DNA of 64,000 nt, from contig OX597837.1 of the NCBI GenBank assembly GCA_951406725.2, positions 36,270,001 to 36,334,000 of the forward strand, given 5' to 3'. Below the pieces are notes generated by a model, which was not told the DNA's origin, searched no databases, and saw nothing but the letters and a program-made list of their open reading frames with translations. The position numbers and the translations under genes are program-made. Origin of the DNA: Octopus vulgaris (taxonomy: Eukaryota). Of this stretch, positions 1 to 14,917 are shown piece after piece. Numbering within the stretch: the stretch's first letter is position 1; each line of letters starts with the position of its first letter.

Positions 1-378
1 TCATGCAGAGAAAAATCAAAATGTCTTTTGATGAACCTCTGTATGAGTACAAAAGCCTGTATATAAATGTACCGTGCACACAAGGGGAGGGATCATTCGC
101 TTACAGCTGATTCATTTAGGAGACATTCAAAACCTTTGACCGATTTTGTGTGACAACTAAAAGAAGATAAATTTAAATATAGCGTATCTTGGTCGATAGT
201 AAGGTACGCAAAACCATACAATATCATTTCCACGAGATGCCGATTCTGCTCCGAGGAATCCCTGTCTGTTCTGTAAACCAATGAGAAGATCATTAATAGA
301 ATTTCTGAAAGACTCTCAAGATGCCTACATGCGTATAAATGCATTTTCACACAATGCAGTGGGAATGAATTTGAGTAA
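1..378 (+). pseudogene. Penelope-like retroelement GIY-YIG endonuclease C-terminal remnant (Neptune-like), with stops and frameshifts
   Basis: Manual translation gives SCREKSKCLLMNLC / KPVYKCTV / FV*QLKEDKFKYSVSWSIVRYAKPYNIISTRCRFCSEE...IINRISERLSRCLH. This fits the PLE EN pattern CNC..CPL..CL...VYKATV...IW.LK....Y.I.W.I...A.PY....RC.LC..E...LN.R.E..S.C.H. Confidence 0.8.
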
Positions 379-773
379 CTGTTAACATAATTTACTTTAA
401 AATATCGATAAATTAAGTTTAACTTTAACCTCTCCGTTCTTATAAACACCAAGTAGCTATTTTACTCGCTTTATGATCGTGTATGCATGAAACCACACGT
501 GTGCGTATGCTTACATTGTCGTGGACGCTTGTATGAGCGAGTGTACACGCGCTATGAAGCTTACGCGAGGGCGTTTATATATCCATATCTGTTAACTGTT
601 ATTTTCGATACTTTTCTCGCTGTATTGCGTGTTCGTTTCTTTTTTGCATCCGTGATTTTATTCTTGATATTCTATAGAAATGAAGATATTTCCTTCGTTT
701 TGCTGCTTGTTTTTTGTTTCTACGAAATGAAAAGACACATTGAGGAAGTGTTATCTTAAGTTGTATCTTATTT

Positions 774-879
774 ATCATCGGATGAGACATATCTGCACCG
801 CCGGACGCTCCTGAATCAGTTGTTAAGTGTTCCATCCGTCAGGGATTGATGCAAGGCGTGTGGAAACAATTGTTGTGAT
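774..879 (+). ncRNA. Type I hammerhead ribozyme-like motif in the PLE 3' end (long stem II, core CGGATGA)
   Basis: Stem I atcat(774-778)/gtgat(875-879); core CGGATGA 779-785; GAAAC 863-867; palindromic AATT loop; GTT triplet; AATAAA at 881. It lies downstream of the GIY-YIG remnant and just before a (TA)n tract. Confidence 0.6.
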
Positions 880-925
880 TAATAAAAATTCTCGTATATA
901 TTCCATCTTTCGTCTTTCATTTATC

Positions 926-1307
<382 letters not shown>

Positions 1308-2169
1308 TAAGGAAATAATGTTATTCTCAAACGCAGGATGGTACTAATGATATAGCATGAACAGGATAAACTATGCATATTTTGCAGAAAAATCTGTCGG
1401 CAGCCAGCCATGAGACTTCAACTCACATCCATATGATTACGCGTTAAGTGCTTTACCATTAAGCTAAACTGCTCCAACGACAAATTCTTCTGCAAATTTA
1501 GAATAGTATATGTGTGTGTGTATGCGCACACATACATACACACACATGCACATAAATACACTCACCTACAAACACATACATGCATATACATACAAACAAT
1601 ATTTTATCTCTCTGTTCCCATCATGTACGAGTTAATATGGCAGAATGCTACGAAAACCAGAACGGTACTCGAATTCTAAGCAGAAGGAGGACTCACTCCA
1701 ATTAGTATACAGAACAAAAACAAGGAAACAAAAGGAAGCAGGAACCCAAAAAAAAAACTCCAAAGTTTGGTAAATCTAGGAATCGGAGAACCAGGAAAGG
1801 AAAACTGCAGAATTCCAGAATGTCTGTAATATATTGTCTAGGATAACATTAATAAAAGTTATTTCGTATTATTGAAATTATGAGAGAGTGGGGAAGAGGG
1901 AGGAGTGGGGTGGTGAGTGGGGGTGGGGTGTAGGTGTGTGTTGGGAGTAAAGTAACTGCATTATTTTATTGAATTCTACACATGTTTCGAATGTATATAA
2001 TTCTTGTGCACGTGATTGTGTGTATGTGCCTGTGTGTATGTGTCTGTGCATATATGTACAAGTGGGTTTGGGCAAACATACATATCACATGCATACATAT
2101 ATATATATATACATGCACACGTAGGAAAGTGTATAACATTTATGAACATATGTATGCGTGTGTAAGCGT

Positions 2170-2704
<535 letters not shown>

Positions 2705-3163
2705 CACATTAGTAAAAGTGACTACTATAGTTATTAATGTACTCGTGTGTGTGTGTGTGTGTATAGTATATATGTACAATATAAAAGTGAACACTAGTTC
2801 TTAACATGTGTATGCGTGTGCGTGTGCGTGTGTGAATGTGTGCTTGGTGCCCACTTCAAATGGCTTATTAGAATTATTTAGCCAAATATATTTCTCAAAA
2901 GTAGCGAAAGAGACGGAGACGGGGTATTGGGAGTTGGTTTCATATCAATGCTGTAATTGAAGGAGGGGTGGGGGGAGAGAGAGGATGAGGATAGAGACAG
3001 AGAGAGAGTGTGAAGTGAAGAAAGAGGGGCAGAGAGAGAGAGAGAGAGAGGCAAACATCTCCCTTTTTCATGTTCTGAAAAAGGGAGATGGAAAAAGGGA
3101 GATGTGAAGGGGAGGTGAAAAAGGGATGTATACATAGAATATGAAAGAGGGGACGGAGTGTAC

Positions 3164-3206
<43 letters not shown>

Positions 3207-3366
3207 GGGGGAGAGAACGGGGGGATAAGACAGAGAAAGAGAGAGAGATGAAGAGAGAAAGAGAGAGAAGGGGGAGAGAAAGAGAGAGAGTGAGAGAGAG
3301 AGAAAGACAGATAGACAGCGATAGACTCAGAGAGACAGAGAGAGAGAGATATACACACACACACAC

Positions 3367-3433
<67 letters not shown>

Positions 3434-3478
3434 CACACACACACTTATGTATTTATATGTTTTATTTACAGATTTATC

Positions 3479-3509
<31 letters not shown>

Positions 3510-3696
3510 GTATATATATATATGTACATATAAACAAGAAGGGTAGTAATATTATTTACTACCAGGTGCCCAGCACAAAAGACGAATTAGTCATAAGACA
3601 AAAATATTATTCATATAGAAAAATATACAATTAAGGGCTCCTAAATAAAGATGCCGAGTGCTGGGAACACAAAAAGGTTTACCGATAACTTTAACA

Positions 3697-3770
3697 ACTC
3701 GTACCGCGGTTTCTGCTTCTTTCTAGCAAAACACAGAATATGTTTGCTAAGGCTAGCTTCATCAGCGAGT
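3697..3770 (-). ncRNA. Type I hammerhead ribozyme (minus-strand copy)
   Basis: Reverse complement of 3846-3919. Confidence 0.8.
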
Positions 3771-3845
3771 CGCCTGAATTTAATCGTAGTAGTCGGGTGT
3801 AACATATAGTCCCACATCGCTGCAGACCTCGATTAAATTCAGGCG

Positions 3846-3919
3846 ACTCGCTGATGAAGCTAGCCTTAGCAAACATATTCTGTGTTTTGCTAGAAAGAAG
3901 CAGAAACCGCGGTACGAGT
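3846..3919 (+). ncRNA. Type I hammerhead ribozyme
   Basis: actcg-CTGATGA-a-gct...tagcaaac/gttttgcta...agc-a-GAAAC-cgcg-GTA-cgagt: 5-bp stem I, extended stem II, palindromic stem III (ACCGCGGT), GUA triplet. Confidence 0.8.
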
Positions 3920-4048
3920 TGTTAAAGTTATCGGTAAACGTTTTTGATTTTCACTCTCGATAAATTCATCCCCTTTTTGTGTTCCCAGCACTCGGCATCT
4001 TTATTTAGGAGCCCTTAATTGTATAACTACATGAATAATATTTTTCTA

Positions 4049-4112
<64 letters not shown>

Positions 4113-4452
4113 CATATATATGCATTCACACACATAATTATACATACATATATATATGTATGTATGTATGTATATATGTATGTATATGCAAACATACATA
4201 TATACACAGGAACCAATGTATATATACATATGTGTATGGGTTAATGTCTATATGAGTTCTTTGTGTGTATAAATATATGTCAATGAATATATAGTTTCAT
4301 GTGGTCATACAGTGATGTGTATTCACTTATGTATGTGCGCGTGCGGGCGTGTGTGCGTGAGTACATCAATGGCCACCTCGCATGATATGTGGATACATAT
4401 GTGTGAGCAAGTACCGACTCACTTATACGAATGTATGTCCAAAGGTTTATGA

Positions 4453-4813
<361 letters not shown>

Positions 4814-4954
4814 TGCGTTAGTGTTATGGTCGACTGATTCAATTCACAACACATTTACCAAGATTTTCAATGTGATTCATCATGCGAAACAGTTTACGTA
4901 GAAGGTGTGTTTATAACAGTTCTCTCTCTCCCTCACTATGTGTGTGTGTGTATA

Positions 4955-5006
<52 letters not shown>

Positions 5007-5118
5007 TATACATATGTACTTATATATATAAACCCATATATACATACATATATATATACATATATAAATGTATATATGTATGGGTGTGTGTATACAAATA
5101 CATATGTAAATATACTAC

Positions 5119-5156
<38 letters not shown>

Positions 5157-5279
5157 TATGTTTACTTTTGTTAGTAAATTGGTATATAACATTTCTATAG
5201 GCATAAATACATTTTTGTTTTCCATATACCTACATACATATATATAATTTCTTTCATATATGTGTGTATGCGTAAATAG

Positions 5280-5327
<48 letters not shown>

Positions 5328-5530
5328 CTTATTCTGACGTGAATTATTTGCTCTGTATTGAAATATATATATATATATATACTTGCATGTATACATGTAT
5401 GTGTATCAATAAATATTTATGCATTTTATCTATATATATTATTCATGTGTATAATACATTATAATACATATATATGTATTATATTTTATATCTTATATAT
5501 ACATGCATATGTGTTTTTTCATTTATAAGT

Positions 5531-5606
<76 letters not shown>

Positions 5607-5650
5607 CATACATACATATATATACATACATACATACATACATACATACA

Positions 5651-5714
<64 letters not shown>

Positions 5715-6093
5715 CACACACACAAACAATGTATGTAGGCATATGGATATTCATACACATTTATGCGGGTGTATACAGATATACACGCGCACACGTGCTC
5801 ACAATATATCGCATTGTATTTCGTTTTATTTATATGACTTGCGCAGTAAGCTCCTCCTGCTTGCTTGTCGAAAACAATCCCATAATTCAACAGGAAAATA
5901 GTTCCGGTCTGAATACCGGACGTTCGGCTGGAACACTCTTGCACAAAACCCAACAAGATCGGCGACGGAGAGATTTATTGTGAACGTCCATAGCATTCCA
6001 TCAACAACAACAACAACCTCAACAACAAAAACCTGAACAACAACAACAACAACAAATATAGCAAGCTGTAACTACGATAATATTTATGTAATG

Positions 6094-6513
6094 GGCGCAG
6101 GAGTGGCTGTGTGGTAAGTAGCTTGCTTACCAACCACATGGTCCCGGGTTCAGTCACACTGCGTGGCACCTTCGGCAAGTGTCTTCTACTATAGCTTCGG
6201 GTCGACCAAAGCCTTGTGAGTGGATTTGGTAGACGGAAACTGAAAGAAGCCCGTCATGAAACTGAAAGAAACCTGTTGTATATGTGTGTGTATGTATATA
6301 TGTATATACATGTGTGTGTGTATCCTTGTGTCTGTGTTTGTTCCCCAACACCGCTTGGCAACCGGTGTTGGTGTTTTTGCATCCCGTAACTTAGCGGTTC
6401 GACAAAAGTAATCAATAGAATAAGTACCAGACTTAAATCAAAATTACTGTGGTTGATTCAAGACGGTGCCCCAGCATGGCCGCAGTCTGATGATTGAAAC
6501 AGATAAAAGATAA
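6094..6513 (+). mobile_element. Full-length tRNA-derived SINE (family A, CORE-like) with internal microsatellite
   Basis: Pol III A-box-like TGGCTGTGTGG, B-box-like GGTTCAGTC, CORE-like accttcggcaagtg, central (TG/TA)n and gataaaagataaa tail. Many homologous copies occur in the window. Confidence 0.85.
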
Positions 6514-7609
6514 ACGGTAATTGCAAGGAAATTATCAAAACATATGAGGAAACAAAGTCGAGATGCGTTAAATATTCGCCTATACCTTTTTTATTTCATA
6601 TTAAATTCAGATATAATCGTAATCAACACCGTTTTAGAAAACATTCATTAAAAATACCCATTTCCTGATAGTTATGAGGAAATAACGTCGAAGTGTGTGA
6701 ATTATCCGAAACTCCTCTCTTCTGATCCGGAAAATTATTTAGCAATAAATGCCGATATAACTGTAACTTACACTATCTGAAACATAACAGTCGAAAATTT
6801 CATGAAAAAATATCCATTGTTTAGAAAGTTATGACGAATCATATACCGAGGGCACACTTCTGAAGTTAGGCCGAAGTATAAACATAGATGTTATAACGCG
6901 CTATCTTGCAATGTAAGAAGGCTATATAGCATATCACTGTGAATAAAAATCAGCTTTGTGGTTGAATCATGCAATTGAAATTTTCATCAATAAAAATTTT
7001 GATTAAAAAAATTATGAAAATTGGAATTTATAAGAACTTTCTTGACACGGTATACTTTAATGATCGCTTTTTTTTAGTAAAAGAACATACTCCAAACTAA
7101 TTAATAAGCAAATTTCTTAATCATAACATAGATTATTATTGAAACAGAGGCGGGAAAATATCACATCAGCTGTCTTTCAAAGTTAACGCCATTTAAGTTC
7201 TGCTTCCAAATCACGCTCAAATCGATTTCAAATTTCAATTTTTCGAGGACCCGAAAATGAAGGACTACTTATAGACTTACTTGTATCAATTTATTCGATT
7301 GTAACCGATCACCCAATTATGACCCTCACTCAAACTTCACCCTGTCATTGACCGAATCGAAGGAAATCGATAATTGATAAATAATTGATTGTGTTGCTTT
7401 GATTGCTTGCAGTGATCCTGCAAAATCAATAAATGATGCTGCCTGACTTTGCATCTCTTTCATTGATGTTTTACACACACATGCACACACACATACACAC
7501 ACACACATACGTACACAAAAACACACTCTACAAACATATGCATATGTATTTATACATAGGTATGTACGTATATATAATATACATAAATACAAACACACAC
7601 ACATATACG

Positions 7610-7660
<51 letters not shown>

Positions 7661-7842
7661 GTGGATAGGGTGGGACAGGGGAGAGAGGGGGGAGATAGAG
7701 TCATAGCTATGTGGTTAAGTACTCTTCGCTATCTTTTCGTCACGGGTTCGTTCCAAGAGACTGGCATTTTGAGAAAGTGTCGCTTGTTTACCTTCTTGTC
7801 GACCAGTGCCCCATGTGCTGAGAGTGGTAGGCACTCAGTATT

Positions 7843-8296
7843 TGCATGCATGCATGCATGTATGCATGTATGTATGTATGTATTTATGTATGTCTGCATG
7901 CATGTATGTATGCATGCATGTATGTATGTATGCATGTATGTACGTATGTATGTATGTATGTCTGAATGTATGTCTGAATGTATGTATGTATGTCTGAATG
8001 TATGCATGTATGTATGTATGTATGTATGTATGCATGCGTATATGTATGCATGTATGTATGTATGCATATATGCATGTATGTATGTATGCATGTATGTATG
8101 CATGCATGTATGTATGTATGCATGTATATCTGAATGTATATATGTATGTATGTGTGTATGTATGCATGCGTATATGTATGCATGTATGTACGTATGCATG
8201 TATGTATGCCTGTATGTATGCATATATGTATGTATGCATGTATGTATGTATGTATGTATGTATGTATGTATGTATGTATGTATGTATGTATGCATG
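7843..8296. repeat. (TATG/CATG)n tetranucleotide microsatellite
   Basis: Direct inspection. Confidence 0.9.
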
Positions 8297-8302
8297 GATG
8301 CA

Positions 8303-8389
8303 TACTTGCCCAAGGTGCCATGCAGTGGGACTGAACTGGAACCATGTGGTTGGAAAACAAGCTTCTTACCACACAGCCATGCCTCCGCC
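8303..8389 (-). mobile_element. SINE family A 5' head fragment
   Basis: Reverse-complement homology to 6094-6185. Confidence 0.8.
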
Positions 8390-8412
8390 TATTTATTTAT
8401 TTATTTATTTTT

Positions 8413-8688
8413 GTAAAGCCTGGTAATTCGTCTGTCGGTTCTTTTGTCGAACCGCTATGTTATGGGGACGTAAACTCCAGTTGTCAAGCGAGTGATGGGG
8501 AACAAAAACAGACAGTAACACACACATTCGAAAGCTTCTTTCAGTTCCGCTGCCAAATCTACTCACAGAGCTTTGGTCCGCCCGTGGTTATAGTAGAAGA
8601 CACTTGCCCAAGGTGCCAAGCAGTGGGACTGAACCTGGAACCCCGTGGTTGGGAAGCAAGCATCTTACCACACAGCTACATCTGCGCC
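8413..8688 (-). mobile_element. SINE family A, near full length
   Basis: Reverse-complement homology to the head and tail of 6094-6513. Confidence 0.8.
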
Positions 8689-8734
8689 TAAGATAGCAAT
8701 GGAGAAATCTTTGTATTTCTTCCACAAGTTAAGG

Positions 8735-8970
8735 AGCATGGCTCTGTGGTTAGGGTGTCAAGCTATGAAGTTTAATGTCGTGGGTTCGATGTCTAGACCA
8801 GGTGACGTGTTGGGTTCTTGAGCAAGGCTCTCTATGTCCCATTTCTTCTGTATATCAGTGACTAGATTGTACAGGTCAGTCCATGTGTGGACTGACTTGT
8901 ACAATCTAGTCACTGATATACAGACGTGATGGCCATGGTTGAATCATCTTGGATCACATGTCTATTGAAA
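8735..8970 (+). mobile_element. tRNA-derived SINE (family B head) containing a long hairpin
   Basis: TGGCTCTGTGG A box, GGTTCGATG B box and ttcttgagcaag CORE-like segment; hairpin at 8847-8924. Confidence 0.6.
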
Positions 8971-9117
8971 CAAAGCTAATTTGCGACTACACCACCACAA
9001 TCACAACAACAACCACGACATTGTGTAATGCAAGGGTCAGCAAACAGGGGTAAATTAACCCAGGTGAGGTAAAAATGAAATTCTTGGGGGTAATGAAGTA
9101 AAATTAGATGAAAAACG

Positions 9118-9557
9118 GGATCTTTTCGGTTTGAGCGGCAGTTTTTTTCTAGCGGTGTCATATGAAATTGTCACCCATAATTATGACCCTAGTATCTATC
9201 TATTGCATTTCAATCTATTTTACGGTTAGGGTTAGTTAAGGTTAAGATATGGATTAGTGGTGGGGTGCGGGGAAGGGTATCTTTTTTTCTTCACAAATGT
9301 AAATAAACCAATCTGTTTCTTAAACGAGGGACATATTCATACAGCACATAATGTTTACCTCAATGGACGTCAGTGATTGGTTGAAATTGCAGAAATTGAA
9401 GAAAAAAACAAGAAATATCTTACAAACTATAGAATTTTCTCAATAAAGCCAAGAGAAAAAGATGTTTTATAAACACATTCTACCAGTATACAAAGTTCAA
9501 AATTTTTTAGTTACCTAGAATTTATGTTAAAAACTGCCGTTCAAACCGAAAAGATCC
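9118..9557. mobile_element. Non-autonomous DNA transposon (MITE), 29-bp TIRs, 8-bp TSD
   Basis: TIRs ggatcttttcggtttgagcggcagttttt / aaaaactgccgttcaaaccgaaaagatcc (1 mismatch). TSD gaaaaacg at 9110-9117 and 9558-9565. Confidence 0.9.
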
Positions 9558-10458
9558 GAAAAACGTGTTCCTTGTTACGACAGAAATTCTTCCTCAGGCA
9601 ACCCTACATCTGTCCCATGTAATGGACGTGTACAGAAGACACCACGGTAATTAGATTCAACAAACCTCTTAAATTCCAAGAATCTAGGGTTTTCTTCCTT
9701 TCAAATGAAAGGGGTAAAGTCCGTGTAAATAAACAGATCTTGGGGTAATCGGTTAAAAGGTTCCCCGACCTCTGACCTCATGGGTCGTTTTTAAAATTTG
9801 TTTCAAGATGATATGTGCAATTTGAGGGAGAATGAGCTGCTATTTCTAACATATATGGCAAACCCTTTCGTGGTTTAATACTCCACCGGGTTTTGAACTC
9901 GCAGCTTTGAGGTAACAGACATGTGGTAACTTTCAGTCAAATATATTCTTGTATGTGTGTATGTGTGTATGTATATATGTATGTGTATGTGTGTATATAT
10001 ATGTATGTGTGTGTGAATATGTATGTGTGTGTACGCATGTATCTATGTATATATGTATACATGCATGGCTGTATAGATGCACGTATGCATGTGCATATGT
10101 ATATATGCATGAATGCATGTATGTATTTGTATGTGGGAACGTGTACGAGTCTATACGTGTGTACGTGTGTGTATGCGACAGTGTGTGCGTACAAGTGCGC
10201 AAATGCATCTGTAAATGTGTGAGCTTGTATGAGTGTGCGTGTGTATTATGCATATATGTGTGCGTATGAGAGTGCGCCTGTTTGTATGCATATATGCCCA
10301 TATAAGTGTTTCTGTACGTGTGTGTGTGTATGTATATATATATATATATACATATATAAACGTACAGACATACATACATATATATATATATATACATACA
10401 TTTACATACATACATAGATATACATATATATATACACATATATACATACATATATGCA

Positions 10459-10572
<114 letters not shown>

Positions 10573-10714
10573 CACACTGGCGTCCTTATTGTTTTTTTAT
10601 TGTATTCGAAATTGTGCCTGTGTATATCATTATATGATGGAATTATAGAGGATATAAAAAGCTATGTTCGGTTGCTTCCTCAATAAATAGCATACAGACA
10701 CACACATATCCGTA

Positions 10715-10774
<60 letters not shown>

Positions 10775-10897
10775 TATAAGGCGTACGAATTCATCAGTGG
10801 AAATCGACTGATAATAAAATATTTTCACCAAACAAAGATTGAAAGTTATCCTAGCCTTGTGATTATCAATATGGATTATTTCCGACATTTTAATGTG

Positions 10898-10942
<45 letters not shown>

Positions 10943-11229
10943 GTACAGGTTTTCATGTATTTATATATATGTGTGTGTATGTATGTTTACATATACGTAT
11001 ACATAATGCATATGAATATACATATGTATATGTGTTCAGGCGATGATACACTCTTATTATATACACATGTATATATATGTGTGTGCTTGTGTAAATAGAT
11101 GTTCACGTAGTCAATGGGGCTAATCATCAATTAACCATATACACCTACACACACATATATGCATATATGTATATGCATATATGTATAGAAATTCAAATAT
11201 GTATATGCACATTTTTAAATATATGTATC

Positions 11230-11293
<64 letters not shown>

Positions 11294-11499
11294 TGTATAT
11301 TGTACACACATATATATACAGTTATATGTATTATATGGCCGTATGTGTATAGATATTCAAATATATATATGCATATTTTTAAATATATGTATCTCTGTAT
11401 ATATATATATATGTTTGTATATGTATACACATATATACAGTTATATGTATTATATGGGCGTATGAGAGGTGTGTGTTTGTGTGTGTGTGTGTGTGTGTG

Positions 11500-11605
<106 letters not shown>

Positions 11606-11707
11606 TCAATACAGATAATCACCCGTTACTCAGAGATAATCCTGATAGCAGACTCCAGCGAATTGACTTTATTTATCACACTTGTGTCATATAAACACAG
11701 AATTGAT

Positions 11708-11752
<45 letters not shown>

Positions 11753-12052
11753 CACCTGTACACATGTTTGCACATGGGCGCACGTACACTCGTACACTCA
11801 TATTTAGATATATACATATATATATATATAGATAGATACACGCGATTGTCGTATAAATTAAATATCGATTTACAAACACATATGTACACAAAAATTCAAA
11901 ATCAAAGATACACACACACACATGTATATATATACATGCACATATATATGTATACATATGTGATATACATATGTGATATATATATATATATATATATCAC
12001 ATATGTATATCACATATGTATACATATATGCAAACATATGGCTATATATATT

Positions 12053-12090
<38 letters not shown>

Positions 12091-12116
12091 TATAAACATG
12101 TATATATATATGCATG

Positions 12117-12167
<51 letters not shown>

Positions 12168-12274
12168 ATATATATGCACAAATAAAGAGGAGGAGTCAGG
12201 AGCGGGGAGAGATGCAAATTATTGTATAGATTAGATTTTTCACAACACTATCATATGCGTATACACAGACATAA

Positions 12275-12337
<63 letters not shown>

Positions 12338-12361
12338 TATACATACATATATATACATATA

Positions 12362-12437
<76 letters not shown>

Positions 12438-12584
12438 GTATATGCGTGTGAGGGTGTGGAGTGTGTTGTATAAGAGAGACGCTATAGATTGGTGTTGCGC
12501 TGTTTAACAAGTCGTTGTTGTCATAAACCGAAACAGCAGCAGCAGCAGCGACGGTGGAGATGGAAAGGACGGTAAGAAGCAGGT

Positions 12585-12627
<43 letters not shown>

Positions 12628-12796
12628 GATGGTGGTGGTGGTGTTTTTTGGAGCTGTTTAATGTCGTTGTTAGTGTTTTTTTTTTTACTTTTGTTGCTGG
12701 TGTTGTTTGCTTTTCTTTTTATAATCATTGGCCGTTAGCATCATCATCACCATCATCACCATCATCATCTCCATCATCCTCGTTACGACGTCCACA

Positions 12797-12827
<31 letters not shown>

Positions 12828-13812
12828 CCATCGTCACCACCACCCCCACTACTACTTTCACCTTGCCACCACCACACCGTCATCACCGTCGTCGTCGATT
12901 TCCTCCTTCCTCCTTCCTCCGCCTTCTCCTCCTTCCCCTCATCCACCTTAACCTCCAATTCTCCTTCCTACAACAACCACCATCAACATCGTCATCATTG
13001 TCGTCGTCGTCATTATCAGCATCATCATCAACATCATTATCATCATCATCAGCCTACTCCCTTGCACACGCTCCTTTTTTACGTTCCCTGCTTCTTGTCC
13101 CATCATCGTGTAGCGGACGATATCGCTTCAAACTAAAGTGAGGGTGTCGAGAGGAGGATTGAGCGGTCGTAATGTTTCGTAAACACATCGTCAGCAAAGT
13201 TCAGTCGTATCAGGTGGACACGAAGTGAGGGCATAGCAGTGTGAAGACAATAACCTATCGTCATTAATCAGATAATACACCATGCAGCAAAAGACGTCAT
13301 CTTTTGTTCATTACTTGTGTTTGGTTGTGGGTGTGGTGTGTGTGAGTGTATGTATGTGCATGCAAGCTTGTTTGTGTGTACTTTAGTGTATGCATGTGTG
13401 TATGTGTGTATGTGTGTATGTATATGTGCGTGTGTTTGTGTGTATGTGAGTGTGCTTGTGTATATGTGTGTGTGCTAGAATGTGTGCGTTAGTGTGTGTA
13501 TGTGCATGCCAGCCTGCTTGTGTGTGTGTGCATGTGTATGTTTGCGTGCTTGTGTGCGTGTGTGAGTGTACTTGTTTGTACGCATGTATATGTGCGTGTG
13601 TGTGTGTGTGTGTGTGTGTGCTTGTGTACCTGTGTGTGTGCTTGTGTGTGCTTGTGTGTATGTGTGTGTTCATGTGTGTGTTACTTCATATTAAGACACA
13701 TAAAAGATGGAACCGCTCTGCCCTTAGGAAATTTGATAACGACTGTCACACAAACCTCTATATCATTTATGCTATTTACGTAGTTTCACAACAACAACAA
13801 CAATAATAATAG

Positions 13813-14100
13813 TAAAGGGATACCAGGACAACCCCAAATTGCAGAAATTCAAAAGAAAGTGCTCATAGGAACTGCCCATATCCTACGTAAAATCCTGTCT
13901 TTGTAATCTCAAATTTTAAAACAAACTTATAATTTTCTTATGTGTTCTTAAACATTCTCTAGAACAATACTTTGTGCAAAACCAAATATATGACACCCTT
14001 GGCATAACACCAACATTAACTTCTAACTTGTTGTCTCTTGAGGTCTCTGGGTGAGACTTGAAGTCAACTTGTAACAATTACAAAGCAAAAGTCAAATATA
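13813..14100 (+). mobile_element. 3' fragment of an R4/Dong-like RLE non-LTR retrotransposon followed by (AAT)n
   Basis: Translation GIPGQPQIAEIQKKVLIGTAHILRKILSL*, typical of an R4-clade C-terminus. (AAT)n at 14100-14203. Confidence 0.7.
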
Positions 14101-14125
14101 TAATAATGAAATAATAATAGTAATA

Positions 14126-14183
<58 letters not shown>

Positions 14184-14212
14184 TAATAATAATAATAATA
14201 ATAAAGTATGTA

Positions 14213-14252
<40 letters not shown>

Positions 14253-14292
14253 CACTCATGTATATACACGCATATATATATACACACGTGTA

Positions 14293-14347
<55 letters not shown>

Positions 14348-14368
14348 TCGTGTATGTATATATGTATA

Positions 14369-14917
14369 CAGTAATACCTAACTTTACGCGACTCGCTTTA
14401 CGAGACTCCGTATTTACGAGTTTTAATTTTTCAAGCACAAGAACCAAATTCTGAACAAAGTGCAAAAGTTTCTACTTCCATAACAAATGCTTCTGCATCT
14501 TACCGAGAAATCTAGAAAGAGTGAAGAAAAGCTTCTTCTATGCAAACAACTCTAAGAAAGAAATCTACAAGTCCGTCTACGAGTGCTTGTGAATCGGCCA
14601 TCGCATCTACAAGTGATGGTGTGCGCGGGTCTAGTGCGAGTGAAAGTAATTCAGAAAACGATTATAATAATATTATTTTTTATTCTAAATGATTTTGACA
14701 TTCTTTTTACTTTGCATAAAAATATTCTTCACACTCTCCTATTGTTTTATCGCCAATTATTTACGAGTTTTATCAATTTTATAGGTGAAAAATTTTTTTG
14801 AGAACGTATCACGATTCATACCATCGCTACTATGGGAAATTATTGCTCTGCTTTACGAATTTTCGCGTTACGAGCGGTCTCCGGAAACAAATTAACACGT
14901 ATATTAAGGCATTGCTG
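14369..14917. mobile_element. pogo/Tigger-like non-autonomous element
   Basis: TA-cagtaatacct...tacg start, degenerate inverted end cgtatattaaggcattgctg, and subterminal (t)ttacgag repeats at both ends. Confidence 0.6.

Larger units (their letters stand above)
3530..4050. mobile_element. Fold-back (inverted-repeat) PLE-type pLTR element between (TA)n tracts
   Basis: Inner arms 3677-3786/3830-3939 (110 bp, perfect by eye) around a 43-nt spacer. Outer arms 3624-3677/3972-4025 (54 bp). Each inner arm contains an HHR. Confidence 0.8.

Noticed and set aside
3798-3820. Spacer tgtaacatatagtcccacatcg resembles the start of some plant Copia LTRs
   Set aside because: It is too short, and there is no LTR, PBS or pol sequence.
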